Source: Octopus vulgaris
Lineage: Eukaryota
NCBI GenBank assembly: GCA_951406725.2
Contig: OX597835.1
Coordinates: 28,768,001 to 28,832,000, forward strand
Reading direction: 5' to 3'
Length of the DNA stretch: 64,000 nt
Shown: in pieces, positions 26,026 to 42,347 of the stretch
How the letters are laid out: the number at the start of each line of letters is the position of its first letter
How positions within the stretch are numbered: the first letter of the stretch is position 1
Program-made: the position numbers and the translations under genes
The notes under the pieces: generated by a model
What the model was told of the DNA's origin: nothing
The model's input: only the letters and a program-made list of their open reading frames with translations
Database searches by the model: none

Positions 26026-26400
26026 TTTTGTATGTATGTATGAATGTATGTATGTATATGTATGTGTGTATATATATATATATATATTTATATTAAATGA
26101 GTGTGTTTGTGAGAGAGAGAGAGAGATTGTGCGTATCCATGGGTTTCTATGCGTTACCCTCCAACGTTTGACAGCCAGTGCTAGTTCGTTTGCGTCCGCG
26201 TAACTTGGCTGATCGAATAAGTAACAGGCTTAAATAATAAGTCCCATGGGTGATTATTTCAACTACCAGCCTTTAAGATGGTGCCCCAGCTTGGCCGAAG
26301 TCCAATGACTGAAGCACATAAAAGATAAATAATAAAAGAAGTGTGTGTGTAGTTTACGTGTGTTTGTAAATACATATGTGTACATACGTAGATTTATAAA

Positions 26401-26451
<51 letters not shown>

Positions 26452-26580
26452 ACTCACTCTCACACACACACACATACCACTCTCACACACATACCAAAGA
26501 ATGGCGTGTGCAAAACGCGCTGCTCTTTTGACTGCATACATGTTTGCATGTATATATATTTGTACATATGTATATATTTT

Positions 26581-26730
26581 ACATTATTTACATTTGACAG
26601 ATATTTGTCCTCATCTTGTCTGTTGTTAGCACAACGTTTCGGCTGATATACCCTCCAGCCTTCATCAGGTGTCTCGGGGAAATTTCGAACCTTGGTTCTC
26701 ATTTCTAAGGTATTTTTGATGTTGTTGTTG

Positions 26731-26797
<67 letters not shown>

Positions 26798-26872
26798 CAA
26801 GGTCACTGCCTGGAATCGAACTCGGAATCTTGGGGTTAATAGCCCGCGCTCTTAACCACTACGCCATATGCC
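26581..26872 (-). mobile_element. tRNA-headed SINE-like element with (TAA)n linker and hammerhead-bearing tail (copy 1)
   Basis: A box TGGCGTAGTGG, B box GAGTTCGATTCC (26800-26872), (TAA)n, then hammerhead; second copy at 47421-47727. Confidence 0.85.
26630..26671 (-). ncRNA. Minimal type-I hammerhead ribozyme with intact core
   Basis: CAC-CTGATGA-A-GGCTG-gagggtatat-CAGCC-GAAA-CG-TT-GTG; palindromic ACGT helix III; GUU site. Confidence 0.78.
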
Positions 26873-27079
26873 TGTATGTATATATTTGTATGCATCTGTA
26901 TTTATATTTGTATGCATCTGTATGTGGTGCCCCAGCATGGCCGCGGCCTTCGGGCTAAAACATTTTTAAGGATTTTTAAGGATTTATATGCGTACTTATA
27001 CGTGTATAACATATATACATATACAAGCATACAGATACACGCCCGCACATGGGCGCAGGGATATATCACTCACAAAATG

Positions 27080-27170
<91 letters not shown>

Positions 27171-28151
27171 ATGTTTTATGTATGCTTCTTACGTATGTGT
27201 TCATGTGTATTATGCTTCTTTCTCCTTTGGTCTTCAATTATTTAATCAATAATACCTTATCGGTACCATACCGAGAAATATCCGATCGATTATATTCCTT
27301 CTTTCAAAATATTGGTTTTGTATTTTGGAAGAAACGTAAATAGAAAAGGCAATTAAAAGCTACCATTATTGGACATTATTCCTGATCTACTTGTATCGAC
27401 ATTGACTTTTTGTACCTCTAGACTCCTGTGGGATTTGATGATTTGGCTATTTGATTATTTGTCTATTTGACTACTTGCCTAGTAGACAATATTCTCAAAA
27501 TAGATTTAGTTGTCGAATGGAAAATTTTGTTTTTTTATTTGTAGATATGATGACAGTTACAAACATGTTTCGATGTTATTGAAACTCATCATCATATATA
27601 GTCTATTCGTGCTTGGTTTGATCAATCGATAAATATTTTATTATACTGGTAAAAAAAAAAATCAATTTTCCAGAACCTTTCGTTCTAAAGCTTTTTCGGG
27701 TGATTAATTTTTCCGAACCAGGGGCAAACGCCTTGGCCAACTCACTCTAAATTAAGCAAATATTAAATTTACTTAGATAATTAAATGAAATTCAGGTACC
27801 CGTACATTCATATAAATATTAGTTTCAAATTCCGGCACAAGGCCAGCAATATTGGGGAAGGAATTTAAGTCGATTGCATCTGGTATTTATTTTCTCGACA
27901 CCGTTGACCACGATGGAATTTGAACTCAGAACGTAAAGACGAACGAAATGCTGCTAAACAATTTGGCCGGCATGTTAACGATGATGCCAGCTCTCTGCCT
28001 TTATTCGTATAAGTATTACCATTTTTTTCCCATACTGTTCTAAGCTAGGTGTCAGTAAACTACTCTGCCGGCTGCTGCGAGGATTTAAAGTTGCAGCTCG
28101 TAAATAAGTGCGGATTATAAGAAGTTCCGTTCATCATTGTCCGGAAAGTCG

Positions 28152-28212
<61 letters not shown>

Positions 28213-28215
<3 letters not shown>

Positions 28216-28371
28216 GTTTCAATCATTTAACTGCTGCCATGCTGGAACACCGCCTTTAGTCGAACTAGTCGACCCCGGGACTTAATCTTTGTAAGCCTAG
28301 TACTTATTCCATCGCTAAGTTACGAGTACGTAAACACACCAACACCAGTTATCAAGTGATGGTGGGGGAAC

Positions 28372-28423
<52 letters not shown>

Positions 28424-28590
28424 TACACATATACGACGGTTTCTTTCAGTTTCCGTCTACCAAATGTACTCACAAGGCTTTGGTTGGCCCGAGGCTGTAG
28501 TAGAAGACACTTGCCCAAAATGCCATGAAGAGGGACTGAACCCGCAACCATGTTGCTGGTAAGCAAGCTACTTATCACTCAGCCACTCCT
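28213..28590 (-). mobile_element. SINE family A
   Basis: Reverse complement is colinear with family A. Confidence 0.9.
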
Positions 28591-28822
28591 ATAAATTGAA
28601 AATTCGAAAAATCCCGGTTCGGCCAATGTTAACTTCTTCCTAAGCATGTCAGAAGATTTCTTGTGTTTAATCCTTCATTTTTTGGAGATTCTTTGGCAAC
28701 TGCCGTTAGGTAGGTTACTATTTCTTTCCCCCAGCATTTACATTAATTTTGTGTCATTTTTTAGTACACCAATCTGTACTTCAGCCTTCAATTATTTTAA
28801 TGCAAAGTCATACTATGGGTTG

Positions 28823-29215
28823 TGGAGGCGCAATGGCCCAGTGGTTAGGACAGCGGACTCGCGGTCATAGGATCGCGGTTTCGATTCCCAGACCGGGCGT
28901 TGTGAGTGTTTATTGGGCGAAAACACCTAAAGCTCCACGAGGCTCCGGCAGGGGATGGTGGTGATCCCTGCCGTACTCTTTCACCACAACTTTCTCTCAC
29001 TCTTACTTCCTGTTTCTGTTGTACCTGTATTTCAAAGGGCCGGCCTTGTCACTCTCTGTGTCACGCTGAATATCCCCGAGATACTACGTTAAGGGTACAC
29101 GTGTCTGTGGAGTGCTCAGCCACTTACACGTTAATTTCACGAGCAGGCTGTTCCGTTGATTCGGATCAACCGGAACCCTCATCGTCGTAACCGACGGAGT
29201 GCTTCCATTCCATTC
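28823..29215 (+). mobile_element. tRNA-derived SINE family C, full length with target-site duplication
   Basis: A box TGGCCCAGTGG, B-box-like GGTTTCGATTCC, (TTCCA)n tail; 13-bp TSD CATACTATGGGTT at 28809 and 29216. Confidence 0.93.
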
Positions 29216-29565
29216 CATACTATGGGTTAACAAGGGTTGTTTCCCTTAGTTTAGTTTATCAAATAATTGTGCAAGTTACGAGAGGAAAAAAGGTTTTCGT
29301 AAATCTATATAGAAAAATACTACTGTCAACCGATAAGAGCAACCTTGAAAACAATAAGCTATTCTGATGTGATCCAAGATGTGGTCCGAAACATGTGCAT
29401 AATTGTTCCCCTTGCTCGCAACTGATATCAGCGAATTGTTTCTTTTAACATATAAATTTCATTTTGTGCAATTCTTAATTTCTTAAAAATATCCCCTTTT
29501 CTGTGAGAATTGTTATAAATTTTAGCTAGGTAAATTTCAACTATGTATAATAACACACACACACA

Positions 29566-29651
<86 letters not shown>

Positions 29652-30420
29652 TACAGACACATCACACGTCAAAGAAATTTGTTATAGCGCTGTTTATTCA
29701 ATTGGTAAATATAAAGGAAAACCAACGCCAAAAAAACTCTCCATTATTTTTATAATGGCTCCAGTTGCACTGAACAACACCAAAAAAGCTTTAATCCTCT
29801 AAGATTATTGGTGAGGTAATTACCCTAAACATTAATGATGGAGGTCGTTGTGGAAGTGGAGATTAAGAGGGAATATATTTAAATGTTGCCCTTTGAACAT
29901 AAATCAGTCTCGCAAGGAGAAGGAGGAGGAGGAGGAGTAGGAGGAGGAGAAGGAGGAGGGAAAGGAGAGGTGAAGCAACAACATCAACCACAAATACCAC
30001 AATTCGACTCCCAACTATTAAAAGAATTAGAAATCGAAACCTTAAAAACTATTTTCGTGCTAATTTCTTCATGCGATTTAATCTTCATATGCATATACGT
30101 ATATGCGTGTGCGTGTGTGTGTGTGTGTGTGTTGTGTATGAATATATGAAGAATATACATAATTACGCAAACCGACTTAATCAAAAAATTCACTTCTATA
30201 TTACAATACGGGCGATCATAAAAGTTAAGATATTTAAATGGCAAAAGAGTGGATTTATCAAATTTTTACGACCATTAACACTAAGCCATCTGACTTCTTG
30301 CTTCCGGTCCCTTTTGAAACTTTTGCATTTCTAGTTTGAAAAGTATATATATGAGAGGATTTGGTGACCCTGTGTATTTAGTATTTGCTCGTATGTTTAT
30401 TTACTATACGTTTCTTTAAT

Positions 30421-30515
<95 letters not shown>

Positions 30516-30923
30516 TAACAGACGTTTTACCAAATTATATTTAGAACCGAAATCACATGCAATAATTGCAGGATTTAACCATTAAATGTACTAAATTCTT
30601 AAAGTAAATATTTTTAAAATTACAAAAACAAAATGACGAAAAACAAATGTGGACAAAAGCAATAACGAAGAAAAAATCCTTTCTGGAGGTTAAATTTCAA
30701 TGAAAGCATAAACAGAATTATTTTAACGAGTTAATCCTATGGTGATTTAATGTGATAGAGTTAGGTTAACTAACAAAGATTGTTAAATTAGGGAAATAAT
30801 TAAGAAAATTACATGTATACACTCATATGTGTTCATTATTAACTACATAGATATACTTATATATCACATATGTATGCGTGTGCTTGTATGTTTGTATATA
30901 TACATACACACATATTTGTATAT

Positions 30924-30962
<39 letters not shown>

Positions 30963-30989
30963 TATATAAACATATTTGTATATGTTTAT

Positions 30990-31023
<34 letters not shown>

Positions 31024-31177
31024 GTTTAAACACACACAAACACATGTATATGTATACATACATATATAAGTATATATCTATATATGTATATGTACATATA
31101 TATACGTATGCGCGCACGTTGCGTGTGTGTGTATGTATATATGTATATGTATATATGCATATATGTATATATATATA

Positions 31178-31236
<59 letters not shown>

Positions 31237-31270
31237 ATATGCCATAACCAACAGAATGTCAATACATATA

Positions 31271-31299
<29 letters not shown>

Positions 31300-31303
<4 letters not shown>

Positions 31304-31861
31304 GTATGTGTGTGTGCGTGGTGTGTGTGCGTGTGTGCGTGGGTGGGTGTTTGTGTGTGGGTGTGTAGAGTGTTACAAATGGTTTACAGATATTGAATAT
31401 TGAGAAAAGTGGAGGTCGCCAGAATTTTGGAAAAATAAATTTTTTATTTTGTTATTATATTTAGTCAGTATGTGTGTGTGTATGTATGCGCGTGTATAAG
31501 TGCGTATGTATAAGCATGCATGCATGCATGCATGCATGCATACATACATACATACATACATACATACATAGAAACACATATGTTGGATCTCAGTCGTTCA
31601 TCGACGAGGTCTATGTTCTTCGATCAGCTGAATTACTTCCGACCAAACGTGCAAACATTTATTCGTCCCACACTCCAACGTTCCCTTAATGCAGTTCTAG
31701 GGAAAATTCAATAAGACACATCAATGAATAACCCGTCCGATAGATAAGGGTCGACACGAGGCTACAGAAATAGGAAATAACATTTGTCTAAGATGCCAAA
31801 AAGCCGCGCCGAACAAAAGTCTCCGTGGTTGCGGAACGAAAGTTACCATTCGATTATATTC

Positions 31862-31892
<31 letters not shown>

Positions 31893-32902
31893 TGTATGTA
31901 TGTATGTATGTATGTATGTATGTATGTATGCATGTATGTATGTATGTATGCATGTATGTATGTATGTATGCATGTATGTATGTATGTATGTATGCATGTA
32001 TGTATGTATGTATGTATGTATGTATGTATGTATGTATGTATGTATGTATGTATGTATGTATGTATGTATGTATGTATGTATGTATGTATGTATGTATACA
32101 TGTATGTATGTATGTATGTATGTATGTATGTATGTATGTATGTATGTATGTATGTATGTATGTATGTATGTATGTATGTATGTATGTATGCATGTATGTA
32201 TGTATGTATGTATGTATGTATGTATGTATTTATATATAGTATAGTAAAGCATATGGGTGAATTGAATACCCTAACCATGAAGCCACGCTTTGTTGTTATG
32301 GCATTTGGTTCACGATCTTAAGGTCGTGATTTCGATTCGTAGCCGTGCCTTTTGTCTCTGAGCAACAAACTTTTAAACATTGCCCCCGAGCACTCAGCAG
32401 GCAAAAATGAGTGATACCTATATTTCAAAGGTTCACCGTTATTACATTCTGTATCACGCTGAATCCCCATTAAAACTACGTAAAGGGTGCGCATGTCAGT
32501 GGAATGCTCAGCCACTTACACGCTAATATATAACGAGTTGGCTGCTTCGTTAATCGGCTCAACTAGAAGAGTCATCGCTATAACCGATAGAATGCCAATT
32601 ATAGATATATATATATATGTGTGTGCGTGCGTGGGTGGGTGTTTGTGTGTGTATGTGTGTGTGTGTGCGTGGCGTGTGTGTGTGCGTGGGTGGGTGTTTG
32701 TGTGTGGGTGTGTAGAGTGTTACAAATGGTGTACAGATATTGAATATTGAGAAAAGTAGAGGTCGCCAGAATTTTGGAAAAATAATTTTTTAATTTAGTC
32801 ATTATATTTAGTCAGTATGTGTGTGTGTATGTATGCGTGTGTATATAAGTACGTATGTATAAGCATGCATACATACATACATACATACATAGAAACACAT
32901 AT
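31300..32902. repeat. Local direct duplication of ~280 bp (31300-31582 and ~32650-32902) flanking old SINE-C pieces and (TATG)n
   Basis: GTAGAGTGTTACAAATGG..GAGGTCGCCAGAATTTTGGAAAAATAA..CATAGAAACACATAT occurs twice. Confidence 0.9.
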
Positions 32903-35614
32903 ACATTCATATATACATGCCTACGTTCTTATTTATTTAGAGAAAACTTGGTAATCATCAGAGCATAACCATAACATATACACTCCAATATCTCAAATAT
33001 CAATAACTTGTTTTGAAATAGAGTTACTAAGTCTTTCAGAGTTTCCGTTATTACATGGAGGAATAAAATTATAGTAAGGAGCATAACACATTGCGCTTTT
33101 GAAAAGAAGTTTGGGCGCAGGGAAATACCTCAAACGGGCCAGTAGAATGAGTTGAGCTAAATCAGGTACCAAAGGATGCATTGTATATCATACTCAAATT
33201 GTACTGACTTGCAACTGCTAGCGATACACAAAGAAACAATGAGACAACTTCTAGAAATAAATAAACATTTGAAACAAAAAAAAATGGAATTCTCATGTTT
33301 AAAGAAAATTTCTTGCACATTAATATTGATCATTGGGAGTGAGTTATGTAACTTGATGGCTTAAAAAATAATGTAAAACAAATTTTTTAATTACATTTCT
33401 AATCTCTCACTGTTCTGTAGATGCTCGACGGAGCGCCGACATTTCTTACAGATCTCTGATCTGATATTAAAAGCCCGTAGTTTTGTGGAGCTCCTTGAGC
33501 GTGAGTTCTTTTCCCTTGTGCATATTTAGACTCCGTACCACATGTGTGTGGTTTACATCTTTCAAAAATATTGTATTTGATATTGAATGCAGTTTTATGT
33601 TTTTTCAAGGAATCGATATAATTGAAATATTTTAATTACATTTCTATTTATTATATTTCTAACGAAAAATCTTTGACTGGAAAGTCATTCTTAATTTAAC
33701 GTCCACCTTGCCTAATTCTTATTTATGTACGATATTTATTTTGCTTTGGTGAAAGTAATTTTCACCTCTTAAGTAATCGATTCAGAGTTGCGTGACTGAT
33801 TAACGGAACATGCAGTGCATGTCTGCTGGCACGGTTAGATTCGATTGATTTAGTTCGTACATTTCTTTTTCATATTGGAGATGCAGCTATAACTAAAGTT
33901 AGATTATTTCTTTTGAAAGATTTTCTTGATGTCGATAAAAGTAAATATATTTATTATTAGCAATATTAGACTTCACATTAAAGACTAAAGAGTCATGAAC
34001 CGGGAAAGATAATGCATTCGTTATAACCATTACATGGCGGGATTTAGAGGTACTATATTTTTGCCTTTCTATTGGAGAACATCAATTATTTTACCTTAAC
34101 AGATTGCCATATTGTCTAAGATGAGTTTATTTTACAATAGTTAAGAACTACTACTGTTGAAATTTGTGATTAAACCATATTCCTTACATCTTGTTGTTTT
34201 ATAAATTTCTATATAAATTTTGCGTACGCTAACGGATTTTTACACGTATAATATATCCAATAAAAGGAGTAATCCTGTTGTATTATGATACATGGTAGCT
34301 GATGATGATATTACCCAAATGATATTATATATATGTATGTATATGTAACATATGGCATATTTATAAACAGGGCACATTTTAGCCATTTCTCCGCAGACTG
34401 AAAAGATGAACAACCTTAATCGATTTTCGAACCTTATTGAGTTCCCATCAGAGGCGTCCACATAATTTTAACATTCTCCCGAGAAACAAGCAGCCAAACT
34501 GTTTATATACCCAACAAATGCAGCAGTTACTCTATGAAGGAGCCTGTAATTTGTTTACCGAAAGTGCTTAACACTCTAAAAATACCAGTGGCCTGTCAAC
34601 GGTGATCTTAGTTCACACAGTATCAGGGTACGACATAATATATACGTAACATATGATATAATGTATTATGTATGTTTATATATCTAGGCGAAATATTAAA
34701 AAATGAAAATGCACAGAATGTATGTTTTTTATGAGGTAAAATATTTATATAGTCGACCGGTTTCGCTTTTGTTGATAATGATTCAAATTTAGTCGAAATT
34801 ATAAATTTATGAATTAAAATATGTACAAAGTTGGTTGTGCGCTCATGAATTAAGATATTTGTAAAATCCAAAATTGTTGTTGTGAAGCAATTGCTAGATA
34901 GCAACGATTAAATAAAGAGAGTTCATTTATTGCAAAATGCAAATCAGGCTTGAATATGAACATATAGCCAATTTTGCATTTTGAAAATATTTTAATTCAC
35001 GAACACATAACTATGTACATATTTTAATTCATAAATACGAAAGTTAGGAATATAAATACTATCAATTCAACTCTTGTAGAAGAGTAATTACCTCCCTTGC
35101 CTCTAATAACAATTTCTAATTACCTCCCCTTAGATTTATTTAGCTTTTGATTCATTTAAGAAAGAAATTTCCTGCTAGTAATATGGACGGAAAATTTCTT
35201 GTGAAGCCATAAAATTGTAAGATTTTCACTAATTTCTTGGTAATTATTATTAAAAGCGAAAGTAATTGACTATATAAATATCTTATCGCATAAAAAATAT
35301 ATACACTCTGCATTTTCCTATATATATATATATATATATATATATGCATATATAGGTAGAGTGATTGATTGATAGATTGATAGATGGATATCGGCCTGGC
35401 AAGCAAACCCATGCTGAGGAACATGAACAGCGATATAGGGGGAGCCACCAATCTCCCTCTAGGGCGTAGCACCAGCGAGGTGGTTGCATTGTTTAATAGC
35501 AACAATGGGAGAGGCGGGGCAAGGTTAACCCACTTCGAGATTTTTACCCGTCTATATCGAAAGGGTTACTGGTCAAGGCGCTTTCGTCCGCTATTATCGA
35601 AGAGTGCGCTAAGA

Positions 35615-35825
35615 CGGAGAGCTGGCAGAACTGTTAGCACGCCGGACGAAAAGCTTAGCTGTTTTTCGTGCGTTTTTATGTTCTGAGTTCAAATTCCATC
35701 GAGGTCGACTTTGCTTTTCATCCTTTCAGGGTTGGTGAAATAAATACCAGTTACCCAGTGGGGTCAATGTATTCCACATAATCCCTTCCCCAAACTTGAG
35801 GCCTTGTGCTTCCAGTAGAAATAAT
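35615..35825 (+). mobile_element. SINE family B whose ATT tail runs into the (TTA)n array
   Basis: GAGCTGGCAGAACTGTTAGCACGCCGGACG head; GGCCTTGTGC..AGTAGAAATAATTATT tail. Confidence 0.85.
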
Positions 35826-35830
35826 TATTA

Positions 35831-37395
<1,565 letters not shown>

Positions 37396-37949
37396 GAGTG
37401 AGAGAGCAGTTCATGCCATCAAAGTGACACTGGGGTAAAATATACGAAGCCCAGTATACCCATCATGACTACCCGTCTGATAAAGGTACACCAGGCACAT
37501 GCATCACAACCATATGTGCGCGACATGGTGATCTCATATCAAGATAAACAGCACATGACCTTGCAGGTGGGGCCCAGTTAGAATTTTCTTCAGGTTGAGT
37601 AGCCCATCCTGCTCAAACGGTCCCTGAATAAGGGTTGTTTAAGGATGTTGAAAGAACCACCCATGTTTCCAGAGGTGAACTATTCAAACCCCAAAGAATC
37701 CCTCTCAACACATGGCTATGATGCTCCCCCACTACTTCTGCTCGTGATCAGAGATGCACATATCGTCAGCCACTAAGGGACATGCTCAACTGGTTAATGT
37801 CAAACAACTGACAAGCAAATCTGTGGTATTGAGCAGAATATTTGCTGTAGCCCATCTTTTATACCAAGACAAAACAATGTACATGATAACACTTCCAATC
37901 AGTTAAGATCAGAAGCCATGAGAGCCACTGCCTGGTACTGCATCAGGGC

Positions 37950-37953
<4 letters not shown>
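37396..37953 (-). mobile_element. ~555-bp (TAA)n-embedded element (copy 2)
   Basis: Nearly identical to 17305-17861. Confidence 0.9.
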
Positions 37954-38022
<69 letters not shown>

Positions 38023-38025
<3 letters not shown>

Positions 38026-39333
38026 TAGTTTTATTTTTTATAGCGTGCTTTCACTTCACTACCGAGCGCAGCTCTGTGTGCCTTGGGTATGTGCTGTGAT
38101 TTGTTGTGATGCTCTGATGGTTATTGTATGGAAAGTGTTCTGCGTAGGATGTGTGCAGTGCCTAGTAGTGCAATTTTCTGTATGTTATATGTGTTTGTAA
38201 GTCCTGGTGTTTTTGTTATGTATTTGTCTGAATATTTTTTTTATCATGCCTAATGCACCTACTATGATAGGAATTGTTTCTGTTTTCAGATTCCACATTC
38301 TAGTTACCTCTATTTCCAGGTCTTTGTATTTTGAGAGTTTCTCCATTTCTTTTAGAGACACGTTGTCATCAGCCGGTATTGATACATCAATTAGAAAGCA
38401 TTTTTTTCCTTCATGATCTCTGACAACTATATCTGGTCTGTTGGCCTTAATTTCTCTATCTGTGTGTATCGGCATATCCCAGAGTATGGTTGCTTTCTCG
38501 TTTTCTGTTACCTTTTCTGGTGTGTGCCTATACCATCGTTTTCTGTTGTTATTCCATAATGTTGGCATAGCTTCCAATGTATGTAGGTTCCAACTCTGTC
38601 ATGTCTGTGAATATATTCCTTCTAAGCCAGGACTGGGCAGCTAGAGATAATATGATTTATTGTTTCTTGTCCATCTCCACATATTCTGCAGTTACTTGTA
38701 ATATTTCTTTTCATTACATGTTTTTGGTAATTTCTGGTGGGAGGCTTTGGTCTTGTGCTGCAATTAAAAATCCCTCTGTTTCTGCTTTTAGTCCTGAGCT
38801 TCTCAACCATTGCTGGGATTTTTCTTTGTCTATTTCTTTTGCGTTTGGTTTAGTCCAGTATTTACCATGAAGGGGCTTTTCTTGCCATCGTTTTATCATG
38901 GTACGTTGCTGTTCTATTTTTAGTTTGGATTTCATTTGTTTTATAGCTTTTGTTGTTTCTTCATCTTCTTCTTCTTCTTCTTCATGTTTATTAGGTGGTA
39001 TGATTTCTTGTTTGTATTTGTCAGCTTCCTTAAATACTGAGAACAGTTTTTTGTTTTGCTCGTGTTTTGCCGCTATCTGGATCAGTTTTCCTTCCTTCTG
39101 AAGTAGATATTTTTGCAGTCCTATGGTGGTTATTTTATAGTAGTTTTCCAGCTGTATAAGGCCTCTACCACCTTCTATACGTTGTATATATAGTCTTTCT
39201 ATGTCAGATTTTGGGTGATGCATCCTAGATCCTGTCATTATTTTTCTTGTTTTCCTATCTATTTTGGTCAGTTCATTTCGTGTCCAGTTAAGGATATTGT
39301 AGCTGTAACTTATAACTGGGACAGCTAAAGTGT
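38023..39333 (-). mobile_element. Second R4/Dong family, 5'-truncated and frameshifted
   Basis: MHHPKSDIERLY, KPLHGKY, GLKAETEGFLIAAQDQSL, CRICG..ETINHIISSC, NRPDIVV..IDVSIP; different 3' UTR; (TAA)n on both sides. Confidence 0.93.
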
Positions 39334-39344
39334 TATTATTATTA

Positions 39345-39505
<161 letters not shown>

Positions 39506-39521
39506 ATTATTATCATTATTA

Positions 39522-39588
<67 letters not shown>

Positions 39589-41361
39589 CATCATCATCAT
39601 CATCATCATTGAGGTAGTTAGCTGGCAGAATCGTTAGCATGATGGAGAAATTGCTTAGTGTTATTTCGTGCGTCTTTATGTTCTGAGTTCAAATTGCGCC
39701 GGGGTCACCTTTTATCCTTTCGTGTCGATTAACTTAGTACCAGTGAAACAGTATTTCCCCCGAAACTTCAGGCCTTGTGCATTCAGTAGGAAGGATTCTC
39801 ATTACCACTGAGGCAGTGAGCTGGCGAAATTGCTCAGTAGCATTTCATATGTCTTTATGAGTTCACACCGATCTCAGCTTTTTCAGATTTCACCCCGATG
39901 TCGGCTTTTTCTTCATCATTTTCAGATTGATAAATTAAGCATCAATCAAGTATTGAGGTCGATGTCTTCGACTTCTCTGCCTCCCACCTCAAAAACTGCT
40001 GGCCTTGTGCTAAAATTTTGAAACCATTATCGAAAGGGCGGTGCATTGGAAGAGAGGGGCTAAATAACTAACGGTAATTAGTTAAAACCGTTTCTGTTCT
40101 GCGTTCAAATCTTGTCAAGAACATCTTTTTGCCTTTCATCCTTATCACCGATTGAAATTAGGCAGCAATCAAATAGTGAAGTTAATATAATAAGCCTACA
40201 CCTCTTTTACAACTTTTAGCCTCGTTCTGCTGTAACCATCGTCATTCTTAAGCGAGTGTATCTTGGTAGCACGTACTATCTTTTCGTGAGTTGTTTTAGG
40301 TGCTTAAGTGAATCGTGAAATGACACAGATTCTTTCTCGAACAACCTCGAACAACCTGTGTTTGATCCAGTAAAACATCTGGGAGTGTGAAATCTGGAGA
40401 GAGAGAGAGAGAGAGGGCGAGAAAGGAGAGATTAAGGCAGGGATAAGGGGAGGAAGGGAGAAGAAGGTGAGGGAGGAAAGTGAGAGAATGAGATTTTACA
40501 ACTTAGAACGAAGCAACGAATTGCTTTGCTCAAGGACATAATGTACTAACCTGACCAGGATTCGAACCTACGACCTTATGATTGTGAGTGCAAAACTGTA
40601 ACCAATAGAATATGCGTCTACATAAGTCTTGCTCTAAGTTTAGAATTATTATCGAACAGCTCTCCGAACTTTACTCTTTCACAGTTCATCGCTGCTAGCT
40701 ATACTTTCTTACACGTAAATATTCCATTTAATAAATAGAGCCGCAGCCAAATGAATTAATACTTTCAAATTCACAGCTGCCGAGGCTATTCCGTGGTGGC
40801 TTCCTCAATTAACTATTTGTAACTGTAAATTCTATTGTGAATGAGTGATTCTTTACAAAGCCACAGCTGCTGGCATCACTGCGAATAACAAACAAGCACA
40901 TTGAACATTTTAAAATATAAACCATCTTAACTGTCAACGCGTTCAGCAGAGAATCAAATGATATAATGAGAGCAGAAAGAGATTTATCAAGCTACGGCTT
41001 TCAATAGATTTTGTGCAAGTCAAAAGTATGGAATGCTGCCAGCTGGTCTGTCCTTGAAAGAGTTAAAAGAGGATGAGAAAGTTAAAAAAAAAAAAAGAAA
41101 CAAAAAGTTTTTTTCTTTATCGGAACGTTAATGAAACCGTGCAGTTGTAAAGAAATTCTTGGTGAAGAAATTTGTTTCCTAGCCATGTAGTTTCGTGTTC
41201 GACATCGATACTATTCTGCTTCAACCCCATGGGCAAGGTTGTCTTCTACAATATTTTCGGTTTGACCAATGCCAGCGAGTGAAATCTGACTGACGGAAAC
41301 TGCAAAATCTTGTACATAACCGCTTATGTATGTGCGTGCATGTTTGTACACATATATAGGC

Positions 41362-41492
<131 letters not shown>

Positions 41493-42347
41493 GTATATAT
41501 ATACATACATACATATATATATGTATCTTCTTTTTTTTTAATTATTATAAATCTTCCACTGAGGAGAGAGCCAGTTTCTAACAAAGACACAAGGCTTCAT
41601 CTTTGGGTTGCAGTTAACACAGACAAATTCACATTTGGAACTTGAGAAAATTCTTGCATATATTTACTGTTCCACTCACAGATTGCACTTGTAATGTACG
41701 AATTAGCAGGTTGATTTCTCTTTCTGAAAATCCCATGTTATCCAGATTCTCCTTTGTATGTATGTATGTATGTATGTATGTATGTATGTATGTATGTATG
41801 TATGTATGTATGTATGTATGTATGTCTGTATGTATGTATGTATGTATGTATGTGTGTACGTATGTATGTATGTAAGTATGTATGTATGTATGTATGTATG
41901 TATGTATGCAGGTATGTATGTATGCATGTATGTATGCATGTACCTATGTATGTATGTATCTATGTATGTATGTACGTATGTATGTATATATAACATACAA
42001 ATATATAATAATTTAATAAATAAAATATATGCATACATACATACATGTATGTACGTACCTACATCTACATGTATATATACATGCATAAAACACAAAAAAC
42101 AAAGAAATTGTACTTCATACACGATGTAGAATTCATATTTATTCAGTCCTTTGCACCTCAGGTTCTAAATACGAGAAGTTGTTCCGGAAACTAGAATTAG
42201 ATCGAGAGAAGAAGTTGATGGGAGACTGTTATTTCGATTCTCACCTGACGAGATCAGACAGGTGTTTGTGTTGCACATTTATAGAGAATGTTGTTGCAAT
42301 GTAAGAGAGGGAAAGCAGATATGACGAGCACAAGTCAGGTTGTTATG

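Noticed and set aside
26800-26872. Functional tRNA gene
   Set aside because: Acceptor and anticodon stems pair poorly, there is no poly-T terminator, and it is part of a repeat; the same holds for the SINE-C heads
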